Origin: an uncultured Chloroflexota bacterium
GTDB lineage: Bacteria; Chloroflexota; Chloroflexia; Thermomicrobiales; UBA6265
Assembly: GCA_937870845.1 (NCBI GenBank)
Contig: CALMZR010000248.1
Coordinates: 1-54,926 of the forward strand
Length of the DNA stretch: 54,926 nt
Direction: 5' to 3'
The notes under the pieces are model-generated. The model did not search any database. It saw only the letters and a list, made by a program, of their open reading frames with translations, and was not told where the DNA came from. Below are positions 24,904 to 33,111 of this stretch, in pieces. A program made the translations under genes and the position numbers. Every line of letters starts with the position of its first letter. Within the stretch, counting starts at the first letter, position 1.

Positions 24904-26523
24904 ATGAAGTATTCCCACGATTGGGAGCCGAGAGTCCTCGCTGGCGCTCGGAATGACACCCTTCGAGAGTGGCAGGATGCCAGGCGAGTGATGTCGCGGC
25001 GGTCGTTGCTGGGAATGGGCGCCGTTGCCGCGACCGGGCTCCTCGTACCCACGGGATTGCCCTCGGCGCGAGCGCTCCCGGCATCTCAGACGGACGCCGC
25101 GGGCGAGCTGACGATCGATCTGGCGGTCGAGCCGCCGACGCTCGACCCGGCGCTGGTGTACGAGGCGGATGGCTGGTCGGTGGTCCACTCGATCTACGAC
25201 GCGCCGGTGCAGCTCGGGCCGGGCGGGGCGCTGCAGATGGTGGCGGCCGAAGCGATGACCCAGGTCGACGACCTGACGTGGGAGATTCGGCTGCGGCCGG
25301 GGATCGCCTTCCACAACGGCGAGCCGCTGGAATCCTCGTCCATCGCCTTCTCCGTGGCTCATATCCTCGATCCGGAGACGGCCTCGCAAGTGGCCGGCTC
25401 GTTCGGCGTGATCGAGGAGGTCGAGGAGGTCGATTCCCTGACCGCGCGGTTGCTTCTCTCCACTCCCGCGCCGTGGCTGCCGTCGCAGATCGCGCCGTGG
25501 CTGGCGCTGCTGCCGCCGGAGTACGCGGGCGACCCCGCCAACGATTTCGCCAACAATCCCGTGGGTACGGGACCCTATCGGTTCGTGCGATGGGATCGCG
25601 GATCGCAAATCGTCCTGGAGCGGAACGAGCAATACCAGGCCAGCGGGGCAAAGGGTGAACCAATCGCGGGGAGCGTCACGGTCCGCTTCGTCGCGGATGG
25701 CACGACGCGCGTGACCGACATTGTCTCCGGCGCCAGTCAGCTCGTGCGATCTGTCCCGTTCGATCAGTTGCAGGTCGTCGCGGAGACTGCCGACGTGATC
25801 GCGCAGCCGATCGCGGGGTGCGCCTTCGTGCGCATTCCGACCGACGTCTCCCCGTTCGATAACCCGGCGGTGAGGCTGGCGATGAACCACGCGGTCGACG
25901 TGGAGGGCATTATCGCCGCGTTGTTTGGCGGCAACGGGGAGCGTTTGGCCAATGTGTTCGTCCCCGGCGGTCTCGGTTACGATGAGTCGCTGGCGCCGCA
26001 CGTGTACGATCCGGAGTTGGCGAGGCAGCTTCTGGCGGAAGCGGGCTTTGCGGATGGATTCAGTACGCGGCTGGCGCACACCACGAGCGACCGGGCCGAT
26101 CTGGCCGCCGCCGTGGCCGGGCAGCTCGCCGCGGTCGGCATCGAGGTGGCGCTGGAGCCGGTGGAGACGGCGACGTTCAATGCCACCTGGAAGGACCCTG
26201 AAGCGGCCCCGCTGCGATTTCTCACGTGGCGGCCGTTGTACGATCCGTTCACGCTGCTCGGCCTCGTCATCTCCAGCTCAGGATTTCTCTCCCGTTACAG
26301 CGATCCGGAGGCGCAAGCGTTGATCGAGGCGGGCGCGGCGGAGACCGATCCCGAGGAGCGGGATCGCCTCTACCGTGAGCTGGGCCAGGTCTTGCACGCA
26401 TCGCCGGCCGGCATCTATTTGTGGAGTTTGACGTCGTTCTACGGACTGTCTCGCGACGTGCAGGGATGGACGCCGCGGCCGGACGACTGGATTCTTCCCC
26501 TGGCCGCGGAGGGAGCATCGTGA
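24904..26523 (+). CDS. ABC transporter substrate-binding protein, family 5 (peptide/nickel type), Tat signal
   Basis: SRRSLLGMGAVAATGLL twin-arginine signal. NPVGTGPYRFVRWDRGSQIVLERNEQY is typical of SBP_bac_5. ATG 24904 follows GGAGGTG (alternative ATG 24991). Confidence 0.85.
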   Translation: MKYSHDWEPRVLAGARNDTLREWQDARRVMSRRSLLGMGAVAATGLLVPTGLPSARALPASQTDAAGELTIDLAVEPPTLDPALVYEADGWSVVHSIYDAPVQLGPGGALQMVAAEAMTQVDDLTWEIRLRPGIAFHNGEPLESSSIAFSVAHILDPETASQVAGSFGVIEEVEEVDSLTARLLLSTPAPWLPSQIAPWLALLPPEYAGDPANDFANNPVGTGPYRFVRWDRGSQIVLERNEQYQASGAKGEPIAGSVTVRFVADGTTRVTDIVSGASQLVRSVPFDQLQVVAETADVIAQPIAGCAFVRIPTDVSPFDNPAVRLAMNHAVDVEGIIAALFGGNGERLANVFVPGGLGYDESLAPHVYDPELARQLLAEAGFADGFSTRLAHTTSDRADLAAAVAGQLAAVGIEVALEPVETATFNATWKDPEAAPLRFLTWRPLYDPFTLLGLVISSSGFLSRYSDPEAQALIEAGAAETDPEERDRLYRELGQVLHASPAGIYLWSLTSFYGLSRDVQGWTPRPDDWILPLAAEGAS

Positions 26524-26561
26524 GCGCAACGACGGAAACCGGGCATCGAGAGTAGGCGGCC

Positions 26562-27668
26562 ATGAGCGAGCGTGGCCCGGAAGTGAGACTGGCCGGGCGC
26601 GGCGTGCGCGGGGACGATTGGGAGTTTGTCCGCGAGCGCCGGGTCGGCCGGTTGGCCACGGCGGATGCGGAAGGGACGCCGTCGGTCGTCCCGGTCGTCT
26701 ACGCGGCGCTCGTCCTCGACGAGGAACCGGTCATCGCCATTGCCATCGACGAAAAGCCGAAGGGCGACCCTTACCGGTTGCGGCGGGTCCGCAACATCCA
26801 GGAGCGCCCAGAGGTCGCCCTCCTCGTCGACGACTACGACGAGGATTGGTCGCGGTTGGCATGGGTGCTGGTGCGCGGCTCGGCGGCGCTTGCCGAGCCG
26901 GGCGACGCTGGGCACGGAGAGGCGATTGCGGGGCTGAGGGAGAAGTACCCGCAGTACGCGAGGATGCGCCTGGAATCGCTGCCGGCGATTCTGATACGGG
27001 GTCTGTCGATGCGCTTCTGGCAAGGCAGCGATGGCGGCGACGCCGCTCCGGAGCGCCCAGGCCGGCAGGAGCTGGCGGCGCTCGTCCGTGGCAGGCGTTC
27101 CGTGCGGGCGTTCGACTCGCGGCCCGTGCCGCGCGACGTCATCGAGGAGTCGATCGCGGCAGCTGGCTGGGCGCCGTCGCCGCATGGGCGGCAGCCGTGG
27201 CGGTTCGTCGTCGTCGAGTCGCAGGAACGTCGCGATGCGCTCGCGGACGCAATGGCCGAGACGTGGCGCGCCCAATTGCGGCTCGACGGTCAGGACCAAT
27301 CCACGGTGGAGGCGCGGCTGGTGAAGAGCAGGGACCGCTTGCACCGGGCGCCGGTCCTGATCGTACCCTGCCTCTATCTGGAAGGGCTCGACGTCTATCC
27401 GGACGGCGACCGGCAGCGAGCGGAGGAGACGATGGCGGTGCAGAGTTTGGGCGCCGCCGTGCAGAATCTGCTGCTGTCGCTGTACGCGGCCGGGGTTGAC
27501 GGCGGGTGGATGTGTGCGCCGCTCTTCTGCCCTGAGGTGGTTCAGGAGGTCCTCGGGCTCGGTCGTGCGCTGAACCCGCATGCATTGATCGCCGTCGGGT
27601 ACGCGGCGGCCGATCCGGTGCGCCGCCCGCGGATGCCGCTGCACGAGTTGATCGTCGATTGGCAGTGA
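26562..27668 (+). CDS. Two-domain fusion: N-terminal PPOX-class split-barrel domain plus C-terminal nitroreductase-fold domain resembling the FbiB C-terminal (dehydro-F420-0 reductase) domain
   Basis: N-terminal domain: RRVGRLATADAEGTPSVVPVVYA...RNIQERPEVALLVDDYDEDWSRLAWVLVRG. C-terminal domain: RRSVRAF, APSPHGRQPWRFVVV, WRAQLRLDG, YPDGDRQRAEETMAVQSLGAAVQNLLL, ALIAVGY. Confidence 0.75.
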   Translation: MSERGPEVRLAGRGVRGDDWEFVRERRVGRLATADAEGTPSVVPVVYAALVLDEEPVIAIAIDEKPKGDPYRLRRVRNIQERPEVALLVDDYDEDWSRLAWVLVRGSAALAEPGDAGHGEAIAGLREKYPQYARMRLESLPAILIRGLSMRFWQGSDGGDAAPERPGRQELAALVRGRRSVRAFDSRPVPRDVIEESIAAAGWAPSPHGRQPWRFVVVESQERRDALADAMAETWRAQLRLDGQDQSTVEARLVKSRDRLHRAPVLIVPCLYLEGLDVYPDGDRQRAEETMAVQSLGAAVQNLLLSLYAAGVDGGWMCAPLFCPEVVQEVLGLGRALNPHALIAVGYAAADPVRRPRMPLHELIVDWQ

Positions 27669-27727
27669 CTGGCGCGGGCCGGGTTCGGAATGCAATCTGG
27701 ACCACGCCCACTGTGCGGTCCAGGAGG

Positions 27728-27815
27728 CTGTCATTCCGATGAAGGAGAACCCTCTGCCTCCATGGGACGATGCTTCCGCTGAGCCGAGATTCGTCGCTTC
27801 GCACGGAATGACAAG
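27728..27815. repeat. Repeat family R2, inverted pair (27728-27758 plus, 27783-27815 minus)
   Basis: ctgtcattccgatgaaggagaaccctctgcc and gccgagattcgtcgcttcgcacggaatgacaag. Together they can form a long hairpin between convergent genes. Confidence 0.7.
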
Positions 27816-27995
27816 AATTCGGCAGGCGGCTCTAACGGGACGTTGTGGGATTCGGCTAGCGCGGCGAGATCGTGGTTCCGGGTGCAATCGGCCTGGACCG
27901 ACGATGGCGCGCCCGCACGCCAGTGCGCCGGTCGCGCCGATGGCCGGCCCCGTGCGAATCGCGGGGCTCCGCAAGCGATCGCCACCTGGTCCGGT

Positions 27996-29324
27996 TCAGA
28001 ACAACCCGAGATAGCGGATCGACACGTAGATCGTCGAAACGACCAGGCTCACCAACGCGAACGGCAATCCGACGCGGGTGAACCCCCAGAAGCCGATATG
28101 GTCGCCCCTGCGGTCAGCGATCCCCACGGCGACGACGTTGGCCGACGCCCCGACCAGCGTGCCGTTTCCACCCAGGCAAGCTCCCAACGCCAGCGACCAC
28201 CAGAGCGGGGTCACCGATGGATGCGCCGCCAGGGCCATATCGTCCAGGCCCGCTAATTCCGGAAAGAGCAGCCGCGACATGGAAAACGTCAGCGGGATAA
28301 GCGTCGCCACCGCCGGGATGTTGTCGACCACCGCCGAGGCGATCCCGGCAAACCAGAGGAGTCCGATGGCGGCCAGCGCCACATTGCCTCCCACCAGCCC
28401 GATCACCGAGCGCGCCACCTGATCCATCAGCCCGACCGCCTCGATGCCGCCCACGACGATGAAGAGCCCGATGAAGAAGAAGATCGTCGACCACTCGACC
28501 TCGGCCAGCACGTCGTGCGGATCGATCCGGCTCAGGAGGAGCAGCGTCACGGCGCCGAAGACGGCGATCGTCCCGGCCTGGTAGTGCAGCACCCCGTGCA
28601 GGAAGAACCCGACAACCGTCAGCGCCAGCACGAGGAGCGAGATGCGCAGCAGCTTCGGGTCGCCGAGGTGGGCGGTGACGTCCGCCTCGACCAGAGCGTG
28701 CTGACTTTCCGGCGTCGGCGTGCCCAGCCGCCCGTTACGCCCGTACGCGAGCCAGAACCCTCCGATCATCATTGGCAGCAGGATCAGCACCAGCGGCCCG
28801 AGGTTCACCAGGAACGCCAGAAAATCGAGTCCAGTCGCTCCGCCGATGAGGATGTTCGGCGGATCGCCGATGAGGGTCGAGGTGCCGCCGATGTTGCTGG
28901 CGATCACCTGCGTGATCAGGAACGGGCGCGGGTCGAGCCCGAGATCGTCGCTGAGCGCGATGGTGACCGGGGCGATGAGCAGGATCGTGGTCACGTTATC
29001 CAGCAGCGCCGACGCCACGGCGGTGAAGAGCGCGAACCCAACCATCATCCGCCACGGGTCGCCGCCCAGCGCCACCGCCGTTCCCCAGGCGGCGAAGCGG
29101 AAAATGCCGGTCTGCCGCAGCACGTTGACGATGATCATCATGCCGACCAGCAGGGCGATGGTGTTGGGGTCGATCGCCCCCAGCGCCGACTCCTGGTTGA
29201 GCACGCCGAAGGCGATCATCGCCGCGCCCCCGGCCAGCGCCACCGTCGTCCGGTTCAGCCGCTCGCTGATGATCACCGCGTACGTGACGACGAAGATGAT
29301 CGTCGCGATCATCAGCTCCGACAT
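27996..29324 (-). CDS. ArsB/NhaD (IT superfamily) anion/cation permease
   Basis: MSELMIATIIFVVTYAVIISERLNRT..., SALLDNVTT and GGTSTLIGDPPNILIG. GGAGGGAGG precedes ATG 29324. Confidence 0.85.
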   Translation of the reverse strand: MSELMIATIIFVVTYAVIISERLNRTTVALAGGAAMIAFGVLNQESALGAIDPNTIALLVGMMIIVNVLRQTGIFRFAAWGTAVALGGDPWRMMVGFALFTAVASALLDNVTTILLIAPVTIALSDDLGLDPRPFLITQVIASNIGGTSTLIGDPPNILIGGATGLDFLAFLVNLGPLVLILLPMMIGGFWLAYGRNGRLGTPTPESQHALVEADVTAHLGDPKLLRISLLVLALTVVGFFLHGVLHYQAGTIAVFGAVTLLLLSRIDPHDVLAEVEWSTIFFFIGLFIVVGGIEAVGLMDQVARSVIGLVGGNVALAAIGLLWFAGIASAVVDNIPAVATLIPLTFSMSRLLFPELAGLDDMALAAHPSVTPLWWSLALGACLGGNGTLVGASANVVAVGIADRRGDHIGFWGFTRVGLPFALVSLVVSTIYVSIRYLGLF

Positions 29325-29501
29325 GCGCCCCTCCCTCCAGGACCGACCCGCATGCAGCAAGAAAGGGACCGCCCATTGGCAGTCCCCCCCGTCAGCCGCG
29401 CGGGTACGGGGTACGCGGCGCCCCCGAAACAGCAACTCTGTCGCGGCGTACAGTCTAACCGGATTGTGCTTCGCGCGCCTCTGGGTCGGCGCCACCCACC
29501 C

Positions 29502-29588
29502 GTGTCATTCCGACGAAGGAAGAACCTCGGCGTCCAGGAACGATCGTCTCGGCACGCCGAGACTCCTCGCTTGCACTCGGAATGACAC
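29502..29588. repeat. Repeat family R2, inverted pair (29502-29532 plus, 29556-29588 minus)
   Basis: gtgtcattccgacgaaggaagaacctcggcg and gccgagactcctcgcttgcactcggaatgacac. Confidence 0.72.
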
Positions 29589-29602
29589 GAGCGCAGCAGC
29601 CG

Positions 29603-31441
29603 TCAGGAAGCGGCCGGAACGACGAACCCCGACGCCACGTCGCTGCGCGACTCCGCCCCCACCTCAGCGTCGGCGCCGTCGGCATTGACCACGATCATGT
29701 TGGCCGAGCCGAAAACGCCCTCGCCAACCACGACGTCGTGCCCGCGTTCCACCAGCGCCTGCACCAGCGCGTCGGGAAATCCCGCCTCCATCTGAAGCTG
29801 ATTCCCTACCTCCCACGGATACGAACCATCCGGAAACGCGGTGCTGACGAAGCGCGGCGCGTCGATCGCTTCCTGAGCGCCCAGGGCGAAATCGACCACG
29901 TTGACGACCTGCTGCATCTGCCCCTGCGGCTGTGTATCGACGCCGGTATTGCCCCCGAGCAGATACGGGCGGCCCAGACGCAACGCCATGTACGGATTCG
30001 AGGTATGCCGCACCTTGGAGCCGGGGGTCAGCTCGTTGGCGTTGCCGTCCTCGACCGAGATCATGCGCATCCGGTTGTTGATGTGGATCCCGGTGTCGCC
30101 AATGAGAAAGAACTGGGCTCCAAGGCTTGTCGTCACCGCCGCCGCGTTGCCGAGGCGATCGACAACGTGGAAGGTCGTCGTGTGCGTCGGGTTCCTCCGG
30201 TCTGCGAGGCCGCCGGCAATCGGCCAGCGCAGCGCCTGGTTCATGTTGATGCGGTCGCGCTGACTGGCGGCGTAGTCGTCGGAGAGGAGCTGCTCGACCG
30301 GGATATCGATCCGATCCGGATCGCCCACGTACCAGTGCCGGTCGGCAAACGCCAGCTTCAGCGCCTCCACCTGCACGTGGACGACGTCCGGATCGTACCG
30401 CTCGAGGCCGGAGAAGTCGTACCCCTTGAGGGTGTTGAGGGCCAGCAGCATCGTGATGCCCTGGCTGTTCGGCGGGTTCTCGTAGACGGTGATCCCGTCG
30501 CGATAGTCGACGGCGATCGCCTCGACGATCTCGGCCTCGAACGACGCGAAATCCTCCAGCGTCAGATAGCCGCCCTCGCGATCGGAGACGGCCACGATCG
30601 CCTCCGCGATCGGACCCCGGTAGTAATAGTCGCGAGCCGCCTGGATGCCTTCGCTTCGCGAACCCTCCGCGCCCTCGTCATAGGCCCTGATCAGCGCCTC
30701 GAACGTGTTTCCCAGTTCTTCCTGGCGGATGACGTCGCCGGCCACGGGCAAAGCCCCCTGCGAGACGTACGTTCGCGCGCTGTCCGGATAGCTGGAGATG
30801 AACTCCGCCTCCCGCCCGAGCCAATACGCCATCTCCGTGCTGACCGGGTAGCCGTCCCGCGCCAGGCGCAGCGCCGGGGCGAGCACCTGCCCCAGATCGA
30901 GCTGGCCGTAGCGGTCGAGCCAGAGCATCCACCCGTCCCACGCGCCAGGCACGATCGATTGGTGCATCCCGATCGCCTCGGCCCGCGCCGCGTAATCCTC
31001 CCGCGTGGCGTCGCTCCCAACCGGCCCCACCCCGTCCAGGCTGGTGACGGCCCCGCGCCCCGCCTCGTAATAAAGCGCCCAGGTCCCGCCCCCCAGGGCG
31101 CTGGAAAAGAACGGCTCCACCACCGTCAGCGCGGCGGCGACGGCGATCGCCGCATCCGCCGCGGTCCCGCCCGCCGCCAGCGCCTCCCGGCCAGCGGCAG
31201 TCGCCAGCTCGTGCGAGGAGACGACTGCCTGGACGTGATCGCCCGGGCCGAGCTCGCCCTGCTGTGCCGCGGCGACGACGGCGCTCGCGGACAGGGGCGC
31301 CCCCACGGCGCCGGCGATCAGCGCGCCTCCTGTAGCGCGGCTGAGGTCCGTCAGGAACTCCCGACGGGATAGACCGTGCATTTCGGTTGACGACGTGCGC
31401 TGGCGCGGGCGTCTCGAAGGAATCTGACGATGCTGCGACAT
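29603..31441 (-). CDS. ggt: Gamma-glutamyltransferase, Tat signal
   Basis: SRREFLTDLSRATGGALIAGAVG signal. GGTAADAAIAV, and the autoprocessing-site region PTHTTTFHVVDRLGNAAAVTTSLG. Start at ATG 31441 after AAGGA (alternative ATG 31381). Confidence 0.88.
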   Translation of the reverse strand: MSQHRQIPSRRPRQRTSSTEMHGLSRREFLTDLSRATGGALIAGAVGAPLSASAVVAAAQQGELGPGDHVQAVVSSHELATAAGREALAAGGTAADAAIAVAAALTVVEPFFSSALGGGTWALYYEAGRGAVTSLDGVGPVGSDATREDYAARAEAIGMHQSIVPGAWDGWMLWLDRYGQLDLGQVLAPALRLARDGYPVSTEMAYWLGREAEFISSYPDSARTYVSQGALPVAGDVIRQEELGNTFEALIRAYDEGAEGSRSEGIQAARDYYYRGPIAEAIVAVSDREGGYLTLEDFASFEAEIVEAIAVDYRDGITVYENPPNSQGITMLLALNTLKGYDFSGLERYDPDVVHVQVEALKLAFADRHWYVGDPDRIDIPVEQLLSDDYAASQRDRINMNQALRWPIAGGLADRRNPTHTTTFHVVDRLGNAAAVTTSLGAQFFLIGDTGIHINNRMRMISVEDGNANELTPGSKVRHTSNPYMALRLGRPYLLGGNTGVDTQPQGQMQQVVNVVDFALGAQEAIDAPRFVSTAFPDGSYPWEVGNQLQMEAGFPDALVQALVERGHDVVVGEGVFGSANMIVVNADGADAEVGAESRSDVASGFVVPAAS

Positions 31442-31485
31442 CTTGGGGTCCTTGCGGTCGCGTACCCCCGCGCCGGCGCTGCCGC

Positions 31486-32691
31486 TCAGCAGCAGGTCGC
31501 CGCGGCGGGCTCGCCGCCGGACGACTGACTGGCGATCGCCGCGGGTACGATCACCTCTTCGATAACTGGGATCGGGCGCTGCTGCTGCTCCGGCGCCACC
31601 GGGTCGGCCCCGGCGAACAACGTCGTGACCACCAGATCGAGCCCCGGCACGACGTAGATCAACTGCCCGCCGTACCCCTGCGCAGAGAACGCCGGCCACC
31701 CCGCCGGCTCCTGGATCCACCAGTGATAGCCGTACGAGCCGTGGCCGATGTTGACGCCACTGAGGTAGCCAACGCCGCTCGATTGCACCTCCGTCGAACG
31801 GTCGACCCACTCCTGGCTGATGATCTGTCTGCCCTCCCAGCGTCCCCCATTCAGGTAGAGAAAGCCGATCTTGGCCATCTCCCGGGTATTGAGATGCAGC
31901 CCGCCGCCGCCGCGGTTCGTGTCGTCCTCCGTCACGACCCAGTACGGCTTCGCGATCCCTAGCGGATCGAAGAGCCGAGGCTGGAGATAGTCGGCCATCG
32001 TCTGCCCGGTCAGCTCTTCGACCACGAAGGCGAGCAGGTTCGAGCAGCCGGAGTCGTACTCGAAGCAGGTCCCGGGGTCGCACTGCATCGGGCGGCGCAG
32101 CATGGCGTCGATGTCGTCCGTTTCGTGCGTGCGGGAAAAGTTGATGCGCCCGTCCCACGCCCAGCCTCCGGTCATCGTCAGCAGTTGCTCGATGGTGACG
32201 TTCCACACCCGTGGATCGGCGTCGGCCGGGATGCGGTAGGGGATCAGCTCGCCGAGCGTCTGGTCCAGGCTGGCGATGACCCCCTCTTGCAAGGCGAAGC
32301 CGACGGCAATGTTGGTGACGCTCTTGCTCACCGACCACGTGTGAGGCCGCTGATCGAGCGAATAGCCGTTGTAATTGCGCTCGAAGACGATGTACCCATC
32401 CTTGACGACGACGATCGACGACAGCAGCGGCGCTTCGGCCCGCAGCCGTTCATCGGCCCAGTCGAGCATCCCGGGGTCAATCCCATGCTGCTCCGGCGGC
32501 GCCGTTTTCCAGCCCGCGGTCGGCCAATAGTCGCGGGTTGCCGATGCCTCTTGCGCCAAGCCCACATTCACGGCTGGAATCGCGGAGATGGTCAAGAGCG
32601 CGGTCAAGGCGACGAACCTGAGGACGTGAGCGAACAAAACGATCGAAGCTCCCCGCGGAAAAACGTGCACGGGATCGAACGACGCCAGCAA
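31486..32691 (-). CDS. Serine hydrolase, beta-lactamase/transpeptidase-like (class C / D-aminopeptidase-like), paralog 1
   Basis: SxxK motif SVSKSVTNIAVG and GYGGQLIYVVPGLDLVV. N-terminal signal/anchor. Confidence 0.82.
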   Translation of the reverse strand: MLASFDPVHVFPRGASIVLFAHVLRFVALTALLTISAIPAVNVGLAQEASATRDYWPTAGWKTAPPEQHGIDPGMLDWADERLRAEAPLLSSIVVVKDGYIVFERNYNGYSLDQRPHTWSVSKSVTNIAVGFALQEGVIASLDQTLGELIPYRIPADADPRVWNVTIEQLLTMTGGWAWDGRINFSRTHETDDIDAMLRRPMQCDPGTCFEYDSGCSNLLAFVVEELTGQTMADYLQPRLFDPLGIAKPYWVVTEDDTNRGGGGLHLNTREMAKIGFLYLNGGRWEGRQIISQEWVDRSTEVQSSGVGYLSGVNIGHGSYGYHWWIQEPAGWPAFSAQGYGGQLIYVVPGLDLVVTTLFAGADPVAPEQQQRPIPVIEEVIVPAAIASQSSGGEPAAATCC

Positions 32692-32753
32692 ATCCTTCCG
32701 CGACTAAAGTCGCAAGAGTGATGCCGTGGGTGAAGGGTGAGGCTGACGGCCAG

Positions 32754-33074
32754 CTACCGTATCGGTCCCCCAAACGGGTCCGGATCGTAGCCCCCACTGA
32801 TCCCCGGATCGGTGTCGGCGCCGAGGCCGCCCGTCTCCACCTGCTCCACCTCCCTGCCGGTCAAGGCGGCGACGATGCTGTCCAGCGTATGGGCCACCGC
32901 GCCTTCGCTCATGCGCATCTGCTGCGCGATCTCCCAGACCGGCGACCCGTTCGCCGCCAGCGTGGCGATGTGCCGCTCCTCCGGCGGCAATGTCAGGATG
33001 AACTCGTGCGCCTGCTGCAACAGGCGCATCGTCTCGCGCGCGTCGTCGCTAAGTCCCGGCAGCTCCTCATCCAC
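32754..33074 (-). CDS. Small helix-turn-helix protein (sigma-70 region 4 / LuxR-type HTH only) with an acidic Gly/Asp tail
   Basis: LPPEERHIATLAANGSPVWEIAQQMRMSEGAVAHTLDSIVAAL. GTG start after AAGGGGA. Confidence 0.65.
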   Translation of the reverse strand: MDEELPGLSDDARETMRLLQQAHEFILTLPPEERHIATLAANGSPVWEIAQQMRMSEGAVAHTLDSIVAALTGREVEQVETGGLGADTDPGISGGYDPDPFGGPIR

Positions 33075-33111
33075 GGCCCCATCCCCTTATTAAAACGTCA
33101 CGTCTCCTCTC

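Noticed and set aside
24820-27974. Long minus-strand ORFs 24820-26079 and 26439-27974
   Set aside because: They are antisense to the SBP and fusion genes, have R/P/G-rich composition, and show no motifs.
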